Positions 53,801 through 62,740 of a DNA stretch of 64,000 bases are shown one piece after another. This stretch comes from Dehalococcoidia bacterium (GTDB lineage: Bacteria; Chloroflexota; Dehalococcoidia; UBA6926), in contig CAXXET010000002.1 in NCBI GenBank assembly GCA_963666115.2, positions 1 through 64,000 on the forward strand, given 5' to 3'. The notes beneath the pieces were generated by a model that was not told the origin of the DNA, made no database searches, and was given only the letters and a program-made list of their open reading frames with translations. The position numbers and the translations under genes are program-made. Within the stretch, counting starts at the first letter, position 1, and each line of letters begins with the position of its first letter.

Positions 53801-54451
53801 GTCGCCATAATCCTCAGGATCAGCGGTGATGAATGCAATCCGCGTGCCGTCTGGAGACCACTGGAGCGCCGCTATCCACTCTCTGGCCGAAGTCAAACGC
53901 CGCAAATTCGTTCCGTTCGCATCTATCATGTAGATTGCAGTGCCTTCGCCGCCATAGACACTGAAAGTAAAGGCAATTCGCTCCCCATCCGGAGACCATG
54001 TGGGAGTCCCGGAAGTGGTCGCCCAGGGATCGAGAGTACCGTAGGGCACAACCGCCCTGGGGTTGCTTCCATCGGCGTCCATCACATACAGCCCAACATC
54101 CTCCTCAGCGCCCCTGTAGGAAACAAAAGCGATCTGTGAACCGTCCGGCGACCACACCGGATCCCTGCCGTCATCAGTCAAGAGTCTCGTACGGACAAAT
54201 AGCTCAGCCGATGGTATTGGTGTGGGCGTAGGCGCGGGCACAGGTGTGGCTGTAGGCTGTTGCGTTGCCGTTGGCCGCGCCGTCGGCTGGGGAACACTCG
54301 TCGGGGTTGCGGTAGAGCGCAGGGTTATCGTCGGCGTAAACGCCGGTTCCCGCGCCGTCGGTGTCACGGCGCCGCTGGTCTCCCCGTCATCACAAGCGGC
54401 CAGCATGAAAACGACGCCCAGCGCCAACAGGCCCAGGATGATGATTCTCAT
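50834..54451 (-). CDS. Lipoprotein with TolB/PD40 propeller and two plant-type leucine-rich-repeat cassettes
   Basis: LAAC lipobox, P/T linker, six WSPDG repeats, two ALIALY..W..WHGVTTD..GRV caps, 24-aa LxxLxLxxNxLsGxIP repeats. Confidence 0.92.
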   Translation of the reverse strand: MRIIILGLLALGVVFMLAACDDGETSGAVTPTAREPAFTPTITLRSTATPTSVPQPTARPTATQQPTATPVPAPTPTPIPSAELFVRTRLLTDDGRDPVWSPDGSQIAFVSYRGAEEDVGLYVMDADGSNPRAVVPYGTLDPWATTSGTPTWSPDGERIAFTFSVYGGEGTAIYMIDANGTNLRRLTSAREWIAALQWSPDGTRIAFITADPEDYGDGSQSWGTYVVNADGSNLRRLIDGQRRESSPVWSPDGRRLAFMSSAGIEGISVLDVDRGELTVLTGLNPEAWRRVDGSSGPPAWSPDGTRIARHSPAGDIELIGIDGSEPTSVPYGTAEEYGRGAVPAWSPDGERIAFMSMRDDNYDVYVGEVDGNKLLRVTTTKFDEGVPAWSPDGTKLLYSVEKPSVMKEVAMPWLPEGTKMLMPVQQVSIYAMEIREDYAAGWTPVQSVSPSLYSPEAATDREALIALYDAADGAGWDSSRNWFLGYPLEYWHGVTTDATGRVIGLDLSRNELTGEIPPELAGLSVLSKLYLRGNELTGQIPPELGELSNLRELDLAGTELSGPIPPEIGALEGLEVLDLSSTKLDGEIPPELGSLSQLKRLLLSYTRLGGEVPPELGRLSQLTEMDLVGNDLRGSIPSQLGNLANLEGLHLERNLLSGGIPPEVGGLTALKELSLSWNLLEGTIPVQLADLDDLEALWLGGNELSGEIPPQLGELAELRYLNISDNRLWGAVPGQLSRLSELEHLDLERNRLSGEIPEALTELESIIRVTLADNHGLCAPPDGVIEAWVRNLQYGSADTCWTTGGPIADGDSPERAALIALYGATTGWYWIDSMNWLSDSPLSEWHGVTTDAEGRVIALALSGNRLRGSLPAELGNLAWLETLELSKNADLVGPIPAELGRLARLEEIDLSGNGLSAVIPGTLGNLPHLAHLDLSENVLGGEIPATLGKLARLAKLDLSQNELTGRIPAELGSLSNLTHLSLNNNQLSGPIPSSVGGLSNLVSLRLHENRLSGAIPVQLADLLQLEYVNLRFNDLGGQIPIELARLSNLKFLSLYGNRLSGEIPTQLGELSRLERLDLGGNVLEGTIPVGLGSLDNLTHLSLRGNRLSGRIPVELANLSNLESLDLRSNDLDGDVPTELGELSKLTYLSIARNQLQGEVPHTLTRLANLGDFLFNDNEGLCAPANDMFREWAMGIRFVGDYCGSA

Positions 54452-54786
54452 CATTCACCCCCGCCCCGCAGCGCCCCATCCAATTCCCGCAAATACTGAA
54501 AGGTAAATATCCCCGTCTCGTGCGCGTCCGACCAGAGGAACTGTACCGCGTAGCGCCCCACCTGCATCCAGTCCAGCGCGATCACGTCCTCCGGCACGTC
54601 CGACTCAAACACCACGCGCTGGTTCGTCCCCTCCAGCACGCACATCGCGCACGGGCAGTTGCCGCGCAGGAACCGGTACGGGTAGTGGCTCCCGTGACCG
54701 TCCTCCCACACCGCGTGGATGCCGTCCGGCTCCAGCCGCAAAATCGTGATCCCCGGCACGCGCTCCGGATTCTGCCTCATCGTCAT
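54451..54786 (-). CDS. DUF971 / gamma-butyrobetaine hydroxylase N-terminal-like protein
   Basis: WEDGH...LRGNCPCAMC...VGRYAVQF.WSDAHETGIF. Confidence 0.85.
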   Translation of the reverse strand: MTMRQNPERVPGITILRLEPDGIHAVWEDGHGSHYPYRFLRGNCPCAMCVLEGTNQRVVFESDVPEDVIALDWMQVGRYAVQFLWSDAHETGIFTFQYLRELDGALRGGGE

Positions 54787-54792
54787 GCGCCC

Positions 54793-54814
54793 AGTGTACG
54801 TCACGACGTACAAT
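54793..54814. promoter_or_regulatory. Palindromic bidirectional promoter/operator
   Basis: TGTACGTC-ac-GACGTACA containing TACACT (minus) and TACAAT (plus) between divergent genes. Confidence 0.6.
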
Positions 54815-54868
54815 TGACGCATCGACCAATAAGATAAGCCGCAGCCGCGCGGCACATGGGGACGGACA

Positions 54869-55360
54869 ATGACGATGACAGCAGAGAGGCCGATCGGAGA
54901 ACCGGGCATCGTGGAGCTGCCGGAACAGCGCATCACCTATATCAATATGCGCGGCCCCTATGAGCAGTTCCCGGACGCGCTGGGCAAGCTCCTCGCGTGG
55001 ATCGAATCCGCGGGCGTGACCATCGTCGCCCCGCCCGGCGGAACCTACCAGGACGACCCATCCACCACCCCGCAGGATCAACTTAACTGGAGCGCGTGGG
55101 CGCCCATCGACCCCTCAACACCGGAGCAGGAGGCGAACGATGACGGCATCGGCGTCGTCACCATCCCCGCCGGCCGGTTCGCCACCGTCCTCCACAAAGG
55201 CCCCTACGACAGCATCCCCGCGTCCTACGGCCTCCTCTTCACCTGGCTGGCCCAGCAGGAGATCCAGCCCGTCGGCCCGCCCATGGAGGTCTACCTCTCA
55301 GACCCCGCCGAAACGCCGGAGGCAGACCTCATCACAGAAGTCCGCGCCCCCATCCTCTAG
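54869..55360 (+). CDS. GyrI-like small-molecule-binding domain protein
   Basis: RGPYE, Y.DDP, HKGPYD, EVYLSDP...LITE. Confidence 0.88.
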   Translation: MTMTAERPIGEPGIVELPEQRITYINMRGPYEQFPDALGKLLAWIESAGVTIVAPPGGTYQDDPSTTPQDQLNWSAWAPIDPSTPEQEANDDGIGVVTIPAGRFATVLHKGPYDSIPASYGLLFTWLAQQEIQPVGPPMEVYLSDPAETPEADLITEVRAPIL

Positions 55361-55398
55361 TACAATGGGAGGTGCCAGCCACAGAGCGGGAGCAAACC

Positions 55399-55980
55399 AT
55401 GGCAACCACTGAACAGGCGCGAACGACAGTCCTCGGAACAGAGCCCATCACCGCAGACCAGCTGCTGGAGATGTACGCCAGGGGCATGCGCGGCGAACTC
55501 ATACGGGGGGTATTCTGTCCGGCCATGCCAGCAAATGAAGAGCACGCACAGATCGTCATGAAACTCGGTTGGCTGCTTGGGAACGTCGTCAACCCCGGCA
55601 AGCTCGGCAGAATCCTTGGGTCGGACGGCGGCGTGCTTGTCGAGTCAGACCCACCGACTGTCCGCGAGCCGGACCTCGCATTCATTTCCAGCGCGCGCAG
55701 ACCCCCTGGAACTGTCATCAGGGACTATACGGAGATTGCGCCTGACCTCGTTGCCGAGGTGGTGTCGCCGTCTGAGTCCGTGCGGGGAATCAACGACAAG
55801 GCGCGGATGTGGCTGGATGCCGGTGTTCAACTTGTGTGGGTCATCTGGCCGGATTCGAGGACTATCGAAGTCCACCGCCCCAACCAACCCGCCGCCACGC
55901 TTTACGAAACTGACACCCTCACTGCCGAAGACGTCCTCCCCCAACTAAGCATCCCAATCGCAGAAATCTTCGAAACCTAG
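55399..55980 (+). CDS. Uma2 family (DUF820) endonuclease-fold protein
   Basis: RGELIRG, VREPDLAFIS, APDLVAEVVSPS, WLDAGVQLVWVI. Confidence 0.9.
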   Translation: MATTEQARTTVLGTEPITADQLLEMYARGMRGELIRGVFCPAMPANEEHAQIVMKLGWLLGNVVNPGKLGRILGSDGGVLVESDPPTVREPDLAFISSARRPPGTVIRDYTEIAPDLVAEVVSPSESVRGINDKARMWLDAGVQLVWVIWPDSRTIEVHRPNQPAATLYETDTLTAEDVLPQLSIPIAEIFET

Positions 55981-56009
55981 ACCCGCCCCCCGCGTCTCGG
56001 CCAAGGCAA

Positions 56010-56444
56010 ATGCGGATAGCAAGGCAGGCGATCCTGATAGCCTGCGTTTCTGTGGCCGTTATCCTGGGGCTTGCATGTTCCGACGAGTAGGAGGAAATCG
56101 AAGTTGATACGGCCTTGATGGTTGGCCCTCCGACTGGCCAAGAAGAAGCGACGCCGGAGCAGATCGCTTACCTTGCTCTGCAGCACGCCGAAATCACGCC
56201 GGAGTCCACAATGTCCGTCAAGAAGATGACGCGGGAAGAACTCTCCTACCTCCACCTAACAACCGTTGACATCCCTGACGATTCCCTTGTGTGGGTAGTG
56301 CGCTTTGGCGGATCCCTTCCCGACGATCCCACACGCGTCTACCGGCAAGTCTGTGTACTAGACGCTGCGACCCTGGCCGACCAGGGTTGCCAGTACACGT
56401 CAGACCGTGTGCCGCCCGTCGCGCAGACAGCCGTGGCAGGTTAG
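56010..56444 (+). pseudogene. Putative lipoprotein interrupted by in-frame TAG at 56088-56090
   Basis: MRIARQAILIACVSVAVILGLAC-SDE*EEIEV continues in frame into ORF 56115-56444. Confidence 0.65.
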
Positions 56445-56457
56445 CCGTGCTATTCCC

Positions 56458-57951
56458 CTATCCCAGCGCAGGCGCCAACGTCGGCGCCCTCCGATGCTTC
56501 GTCCCCTGCTCAAACGCATATGCGTAGGTGAGAAGCGCCGCCTCCGTCCACGGTGTTGAGAGCATTTCTAGGCCAACCGGATGACCGTCCACCGTATACC
56601 CCGCCGGAACGGTGGTCGCCGGATACCCGCTCCATGCCGAGAGATGACAGTTGCTCCCCTCTTGGCGCCGGCCGATCGGCGCGGGCGGCAAACTCAGCGT
56701 CGGATACACCAGCGCGTCCAGGCTGTGCTCCGCCATCGCAGACTGAACCGCCTCCCGTGTGTAGTCAGTACTCTCGGAGAGCGCCTTGCGGGACTCCGGC
56801 GAGTTCGTCCCTCCCGTCGCCGTGTACGGCAAGATGAGCGGCGCGCCCGTGCCCATGTCCCGCAGCTCCTCGTACGTCACCGGGGCGAGGTCGCCCAGGC
56901 CCTTAAGGTAGGCATCGAGCGCGTCGCCGTTCTCATAGTTCCACCGCCCCCACGTCGTGCTCCCGTGCGCCAGGATAGTGTCCGCATGAAGAATCTCGAC
57001 AGGGTCGATAACCGTCGCGCCAAGGCGGCTCAGGTCCGCTATCGCGGCATTCATCACTGACGTCACCTTATCGGCCTTCGCTCCCGTTCCGAAGAATGAC
57101 CGAATGACGCCCAGCCGCGCGCCTTGAAGCCCCGCCGAACTCAGCCCCTCCGTATAAGACGCAGGCACATGCCCCTCCGCGTCGGCAGTGGCCGGGTCCC
57201 TGTGATCAGGCCCCGCGATCACCCCAAGCACAATCGCGGCATCCCGAACGGTGCGCGTCATCGGCCCCACTGTGTCGGACGTTGGCGCGTCGGGCATGAT
57301 CCCCGCGTTGCTGTTCAGCCCGTATGTTGGCCGCAGACCGACAAGTGACCCATACGCCGATGGGTTCCTGATGGAGCCTCAAGTATCCGTGCCGATGCCC
57401 GCCACGCCGAAGTTGGCGGCGATGCTCACGCCCGTGCCGGCGCTCGATCCCGATGGATTCACGCTCGTGTCGTACGCATTGCGCGTCTGCCCGCCCAGCC
57501 CGCTCGCCCCGTTGATCCCACGCGCCATCTCATCGAGGTTCGACTTCGCCAGGATGATTGCGCCCGCGTCACGCATCCGCGCAACGATCGTCGCGTCATC
57601 CAGCGTCATCATCCCGTTCAGCGCCAGGTTCCCGCCCGTCGTCGGCATCCGGTCCGCCGTGTGCATCAGGTCCTTGATGATGACGGGAATGCCATGCAGC
57701 GCCCCCCACTCGTCGCGGGGCAGATTCCTGGCGTCTATCTCCTCCGCCAGCCTCAGCGCATCCGGGTTGATCGAAATGATTGAATTGAAAGCAGGCCCGG
57801 ACTTGTCATACGCGCTGATCCGCAAAATATACGACTTCACCAGCTCCCGGCACGTAATCTCCCCCGACTCCAAAGCGTCATGAATACCCGCAATCGTGGC
57901 CTCCACGACATCAAACCCGCCGCCTGCACCCTGCCGCGCATCACCACTCAC
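56458..57951 (-). CDS. Amidase-signature family enzyme with in-frame TGA at 57379-57381 (candidate Sec, or nonsense)
   Basis: LHGIPVIIKD, GAIILAKSNL, GSSAG, GTDT*GSIRNP, GLRPTYG, DTVGPMTRTVRD, YPATTVPAG all in one frame across the TGA. Confidence 0.85.
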
Positions 57952-57968
57952 CAAAATACGCCCCCCAT

Positions 57969-59648
57969 TTAATGCGTAACCGCCCCCCGTGATGCCGAAG
58001 ACACCAGCCGCGCGTATTTCGCCAGCGCGCCCCGCGAATGTTTCGGCGCAGGCTGCGTCCACCGCGCCCGCCGCTCAGCCATCTCAACCTCTGAGAGTTC
58101 AACGTTGATCTCGCGGCTCTCCACGTCAAGCACGATGATATCGCCATCCTCCAGCAGACCCATCGGCCCGCCCGTCATAGCCTCCGGCGCGACGTGCCCG
58201 ACGGCCAACCCATGCGTCCCGCCCGAGAACCGCCCGTCCGTGAGCAGCGCAACCTTCTCGCCGAGCCCCTGCCCTGTGATCGCCGCCGTCACCGCGAGCA
58301 TCTCGCGCATTCCCGGCCCGCCCTGCGGCCCCTCGTAGCGAATCACGACGACGTCGCCCTCGACGATCTCGCGAGCCTGCACCGCGTCGAATGCGTCTTC
58401 CTCGCGGTCGAAGACCCGCGCCGGCCCGCGGTGATGACGAATCGGCGTCCCTGCAATTTTGATCACCGCGCCCTCCGGCGCGAGATTCCCCTTGAGAATG
58501 GCAATGCCGCCCGTCGGCCCAAGCGCGTCGGAAAAGTCATGCACCACTCCCGCGCCGCCGCCGGGCCGCACCGGCGCCAGCGTCTCCGTAAGAGTCTTGC
58601 CCGTCACCGTCATGCAGTCGCCGTGCAGGTAGCCCGCGTCAAGCAGCCGCTTCAGCACCACCGGCACCCCGCCCGCCTTGTCCAGGTCGGACATCACGTA
58701 CCGCCCGCCCGGCTTCATATCCGTGATATACGGCGTCTTGTCGCTGATCTCACCGAAGTCCTCGATATCAAGCTCCACTCCCGCCTCGTGCGCGATGGCC
58801 AGCAGATGCAGCACGACGTTCGTCGACCCCCCCATCGCCATCGCCGCTGTGATCCCGTTCTCCAGCGACTCCCGTGTGATGATGTCGCGCGGGCGGCGGT
58901 TCTCGCGCACCATGTCCATCACCTGCTCCCCGCTCCGGAACGCCAGTTGCTCGCGCCGCGCGTCAACCGCCGGCACGGACGCCGAACCGGGCAAGCACAC
59001 GCCCATCGCCTCAAAGACGGACGCCATCGTGTTGGCCGTGAACAGCCCGCCGCACGAGCCCTCGCCGGGGCAGGCGCACTCCTCGAGCGCCGTCACCGCC
59101 TCTAGTGGAATCGTACCCGCCGCGTACGCGCCAACGGCCTCAAAGACATCGACAATCGTTACGTCCCTGCCCTCGTAGCTGCCGGGCAGAATCGTGCCCC
59201 CGTAGAGGAAGATCGAAGGGATATTCGTCCGCGCCATCGCCATCACCGATCCCGGCAGCGACTTGTCGCACCCCGCCAGCGTCACCATCCCGTCCAGCGC
59301 CTCCGCCATCGCCACCAACTCAAAAGAATCCGCGATGACGTCGCGGCTCACCAGCGACGCCTTCATGCCCTCGTGCCCCATGGCGATGGCGTCTGAGACG
59401 GCGATGGCCGTGAACTCGATGGGAGTTCCGCCCGCCGCGCGGATGCCCTGCTTGACGTGGTCGGCCAGCCTTCCAAGGTTCAGGTTGCACGGCGTCACCT
59501 CATTGGCCGTGCTCGCCACGCCGATGAGCGGCTTCCGCAAATCCTCCGGCGTGAACCCCATCGCGTAGAACATGGAGCGGTGCGGCGCGCGCTCCACCCC
59601 GTCCGTCACCTGCCACGAATTCGGCTTCGGCGCCGCCCCCTGCGTCAT
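57969..59648 (-). CDS. ilvD: Dihydroxy-acid dehydratase
   Basis: [57 protein letters not shown]. Confidence 0.97.
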   Translation of the reverse strand: MTQGAAPKPNSWQVTDGVERAPHRSMFYAMGFTPEDLRKPLIGVASTANEVTPCNLNLGRLADHVKQGIRAAGGTPIEFTAIAVSDAIAMGHEGMKASLVSRDVIADSFELVAMAEALDGMVTLAGCDKSLPGSVMAMARTNIPSIFLYGGTILPGSYEGRDVTIVDVFEAVGAYAAGTIPLEAVTALEECACPGEGSCGGLFTANTMASVFEAMGVCLPGSASVPAVDARREQLAFRSGEQVMDMVRENRRPRDIITRESLENGITAAMAMGGSTNVVLHLLAIAHEAGVELDIEDFGEISDKTPYITDMKPGGRYVMSDLDKAGGVPVVLKRLLDAGYLHGDCMTVTGKTLTETLAPVRPGGGAGVVHDFSDALGPTGGIAILKGNLAPEGAVIKIAGTPIRHHRGPARVFDREEDAFDAVQAREIVEGDVVVIRYEGPQGGPGMREMLAVTAAITGQGLGEKVALLTDGRFSGGTHGLAVGHVAPEAMTGGPMGLLEDGDIIVLDVESREINVELSEVEMAERRARWTQPAPKHSRGALAKYARLVSSASRGAVTH

Positions 59649-59667
59649 CGTCCCTCCCCCTCAGTCC

Positions 59668-59692
59668 GTCATTCCCGCGAAAGCGGGAATCT
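59668..59692 (+). repeat. REP-like palindrome GTCATTCCCGCGAAAGCGGGAATCT
   Basis: CGTC-tagged hairpin overlapping the TAG of the dehydratase gene. Confidence 0.85.
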
Positions 59693-60044
59693 ACGCTTCC
59701 TCAAACACCGCGTCCGTCTTCACCGCCATGATGAAATCGTTGACGTGCAGCCCCTTGATCTTATGCGTCCACCACCACACCGTCGCCCTGCCCCATTCCG
59801 TCGACACCAGCGGATGATGCCCTTCGTCCTCCGCAATCTCCCCCACGCGGTTCGTAAACGCAAGCGCCCTGGCGAAATCCTTGAAGCGATACGTCCGCCG
59901 CAGCTTTAGCACGCCGCCGTCGTCCAGCAGTTCCCACTCCGGTGCCTGCGGATGGAACGACGCAATCTCCGCCTCCGTCACCCGTGGCGAATCCGCCCGG
60001 CACGCCACGCACTTCTGCCCCGCCAACTCAACCGCCTGCGCCAT
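59691..60044 (-). CDS. phhB: Pterin-4-alpha-carbinolamine dehydratase
   Basis: FKDFARALAF, AEDEGHHP, WWTHKIKGLH.NDFIMA. Confidence 0.92.
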   Translation of the reverse strand: MAQAVELAGQKCVACRADSPRVTEAEIASFHPQAPEWELLDDGGVLKLRRTYRFKDFARALAFTNRVGEIAEDEGHHPLVSTEWGRATVWWWTHKIKGLHVNDFIMAVKTDAVFEEA

Positions 60045-60417
60045 TGGAATCCCCCTCCGGCTGCTCCATCAACTGCAAGATATTCCCGTCCGGGTCACGG
60101 AACGTCGCAACCCACCCGCCCCACGCCTCCTGCTCCGGCGGACGGATGAACACTGCCCCATTATCAACCATTCGCGAATGGACGGCATGGATATCATCGA
60201 CCCCCAGGTTCACCATGATCCGAAACGGGTCCAGGGCCTCCTCCGTCCATATCTGGCTGTGCCGCCCGATGTTCAGCCGCAGCCCCGGCCGCACGTCGAA
60301 CGTGATCAGGTCGCCGTGATCCGAATGTTGCTCCAGCCCGACAACATCCCGGTAAAACGCCGCCATCGTGTCCAACCGCGCCGTAAACACATTCACCCCA
60401 ATAATATCCTGGATCAT
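60028..60417 (-). CDS. Single-domain VOC/glyoxalase protein
   Basis: AFYRDVVGL, VDDI, WGG..ATFRDPDGNILQL. Confidence 0.88.
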   Translation of the reverse strand: MIQDIIGVNVFTARLDTMAAFYRDVVGLEQHSDHGDLITFDVRPGLRLNIGRHSQIWTEEALDPFRIMVNLGVDDIHAVHSRMVDNGAVFIRPPEQEAWGGWVATFRDPDGNILQLMEQPEGDSNGAGG

Positions 60418-61178
60418 CCCCGCGCCCCCTCCACAAACCCCCGCGCCGCCCTACCTGCCAACCCCGCGAAATTCGTCGCAATATACCGGAACCCTCGCCC
60501 CTGCCACTCAACCGCCTGCTCAGCCGTCCCAACGATTGTCCCCGCCACAAGCCCCGCCGCCATAACAGCGCTGCCCGCCTCTGCGATCGCGTTCACCACG
60601 CGCTCATCTCGCGTCTGACCCGGAATCCCCATCGACGACGACAAATCCGTCGCCCCAAAGAAAACGACGTCAATCCCCGGCACGCTGATGATCGCATCCA
60701 GGTTCACAAGAGCTTCCATGGTCTCGATTTGCACGATGACCAGCATCTGCTCATTCGCCGTCGCCGCATATTCCGCCACGGACTCCCGCAGCCCAAATCC
60801 CCCCGCCCTAACTCCCGCCAGACCGCGCCGGCCCTGCGGCGGATACAACGCCGCGGCCACCGCCGCCCGCGCCTCGTTCGGCCCGTTCACCATCGGAACC
60901 TGCAAACCCTGCGCGCCGGTATCGAGGTATCTGAGGATATTCTGCGGTTCGTTGCTCGCGACACGAACGAGGGGCGTCGTTCCTGACGCCTCCGCCGCTC
61001 TCACCATATTCGCAACCGTCTCCGGTCCCTGCGGCCCATGCTCTGCGTCGACGATGACGAAATCAAAGCCCGCCCACCCCAGCAACTCAACCGCCTCAGG
61101 GCTGGGCAAATTGCAAAAAGACCCAACAACCGCCTCCCCGTTGCCCAACCGCTCCTTAACCGCATTACCCCGTGCCAT
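60414..61178 (-). CDS. HpcH/HpaI aldolase family protein
   Basis: GFDFVIVDAEH, LDTGAQG..VPMV, YPPQGRRG, VQIET, GATDLS. Confidence 0.92.
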   Translation of the reverse strand: MARGNAVKERLGNGEAVVGSFCNLPSPEAVELLGWAGFDFVIVDAEHGPQGPETVANMVRAAEASGTTPLVRVASNEPQNILRYLDTGAQGLQVPMVNGPNEARAAVAAALYPPQGRRGLAGVRAGGFGLRESVAEYAATANEQMLVIVQIETMEALVNLDAIISVPGIDVVFFGATDLSSSMGIPGQTRDERVVNAIAEAGSAVMAAGLVAGTIVGTAEQAVEWQGRGFRYIATNFAGLAGRAARGFVEGARG

Positions 61179-61193
61179 AACCCCCCTCTACCC

Positions 61194-61216
61194 GTTCACC
61201 CTGAGCCTGTCGAAGG
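61194..61216 (+). repeat. REP-like element GTTCACCCTGAGCCTGTCGAAGG
   Basis: Intergenic; shares the CTGAGC..CGAAG core with the 25910 family; single copy here. Confidence 0.55.
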
Positions 61217-61246
61217 ATACCCCCCAATTGTATCCCCCCTTCTTCA

Positions 61247-62740
61247 CTACCTAATCGGCAACTCCATTTCAGTACCATCCTCACCGGGTCTATCCCGCAG
61301 GTAGTGGGCGAGCGCGTACCCGAGGCCGGCTGCAATGCCAACCGCGCACAGCCCCACAATCACACGTGGAATGCCCGCCTGCAGCCAGATTATGTGCGCC
61401 AGCAGGAACATCACGTTCGTCGCTAGCACGAAGCCCATGATGATCGGTACGTGCCTCCATTTCCGCCGCCTCAGCATGACGGCGACGAGGCCGACGGCAG
61501 CCAGGATAGGTATTGCCAAGATGGTAATATCTTGGTCGCCGAGGGGCCATGGGATGGTGGCATCGTCATTGTTGGGGAACAAAGCGAATACCGCAAAGTA
61601 AAATGCTCCGGCCGCTGCGGGGGCGATAACGCCAAGACATGCCTCTCCGGAGTAGGCATTGCGCGTGGTGGAGCCAGCGAGGATAAGCGTAGATGCTGCC
61701 ACCACGAATGACAGCGTAAGGGATGCCGCCCAATAGGCGTGCAGGTCTAGCAATTCTTGCAGCTTCGAACCAAAAGAGAAATCCGTCGGTGTGTACGGCC
61801 CCACGCCGACCCTATGCCATTGATTGTCCGGCGTTCCTATGACCACACCTTCGATCCCCAGTGCTAGGATGACGTTGCCGCTCGCGTCGTCGTACACCAC
61901 TGATAATGGCTCCCTCGCTAGCACCCGTTCACCAAGGCCGGACGTTTCCCTCTCTTGGAGCCACTTATTCCCTGCGCTCCCCAGAAACGCCGTCGAATAG
62001 ACGAGCCGAGCTTGCCCATCCGTAGTCTTCAATATCACGTCTGTACCTTCGATCACATACACGCCGCGCGGCGTTGCAACCTTGGGGCCGCCCAACGTAA
62101 TGTCCGGCTCTAGACTGGATATACTGTTCCAAGTGACTCCCTCGTCGGCGATCCAGGAATCAGCAGATAACCTGTATACCAATCCGGCGAAAGCATAGAT
62201 GACTCCTTCGTGGTCTACGCCAACGCCTATAACGCCCTCATCAGGTTCCGGCGGCGATGTTGCAATACTGGCAAGCACCGCAAGGCTCGCGATGAGCAGC
62301 GTCCACCGGCGGCGCAGAACGTCGCGCTCGACGCCTGCCCGTCTCCATATCCAAAGCGCCAGCATCACCGCGAACGGAATGACCAGCGAATCCGTCGCGT
62401 CTTGGGGCGAGCTCGGCGTGTAGCGGAAGACCAGGCTGGCAGTGTCGATGAACGTCCGGTAGACCGGCGTGAACGTGTTGTAGAGGAAGTAGAGGAGCGG
62501 CAGTCCCGCATAAGCGCCCGCGAACGCCCATTGTCGGTAGCTCACCCTTGCAGACCCCAATGACAGCAGCCACGCCAACAGCGGCATAGCGAATACCAGC
62601 CAGGCAAAATCGCTCAGCTTGCCCGTCGCCCACGAGCCGGGCCACAGCGATTTCAGAACGAGGTCATTGACCAGGAGCAGGCCGAGTGCGCCAATCGTGA
62701 CCGGATGCGTTAGGGCGGACGCAGCGCGGTTATCCATCAT
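61247..62740 (-). CDS. Hypothetical multi-pass membrane protein with central extracytoplasmic domain
   Basis: N-terminal LLLVND.VLK...[10 protein letters not shown] block, soluble middle, about five C-terminal TMs; overlaps lepA stop. Confidence 0.75.
   Translation of the reverse strand: MMDNRAASALTHPVTIGALGLLLVNDLVLKSLWPGSWATGKLSDFAWLVFAMPLLAWLLSLGSARVSYRQWAFAGAYAGLPLLYFLYNTFTPVYRTFIDTASLVFRYTPSSPQDATDSLVIPFAVMLALWIWRRAGVERDVLRRRWTLLIASLAVLASIATSPPEPDEGVIGVGVDHEGVIYAFAGLVYRLSADSWIADEGVTWNSISSLEPDITLGGPKVATPRGVYVIEGTDVILKTTDGQARLVYSTAFLGSAGNKWLQERETSGLGERVLAREPLSVVYDDASGNVILALGIEGVVIGTPDNQWHRVGVGPYTPTDFSFGSKLQELLDLHAYWAASLTLSFVVAASTLILAGSTTRNAYSGEACLGVIAPAAAGAFYFAVFALFPNNDDATIPWPLGDQDITILAIPILAAVGLVAVMLRRRKWRHVPIIMGFVLATNVMFLLAHIIWLQAGIPRVIVGLCAVGIAAGLGYALAHYLRDRPGEDGTEMELPIR

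Noticed and set aside
56088-56090. Pyrrolysine recoding
   Set aside because: Position is in an acidic linker, one base from GAG; no pyl genes in the window.
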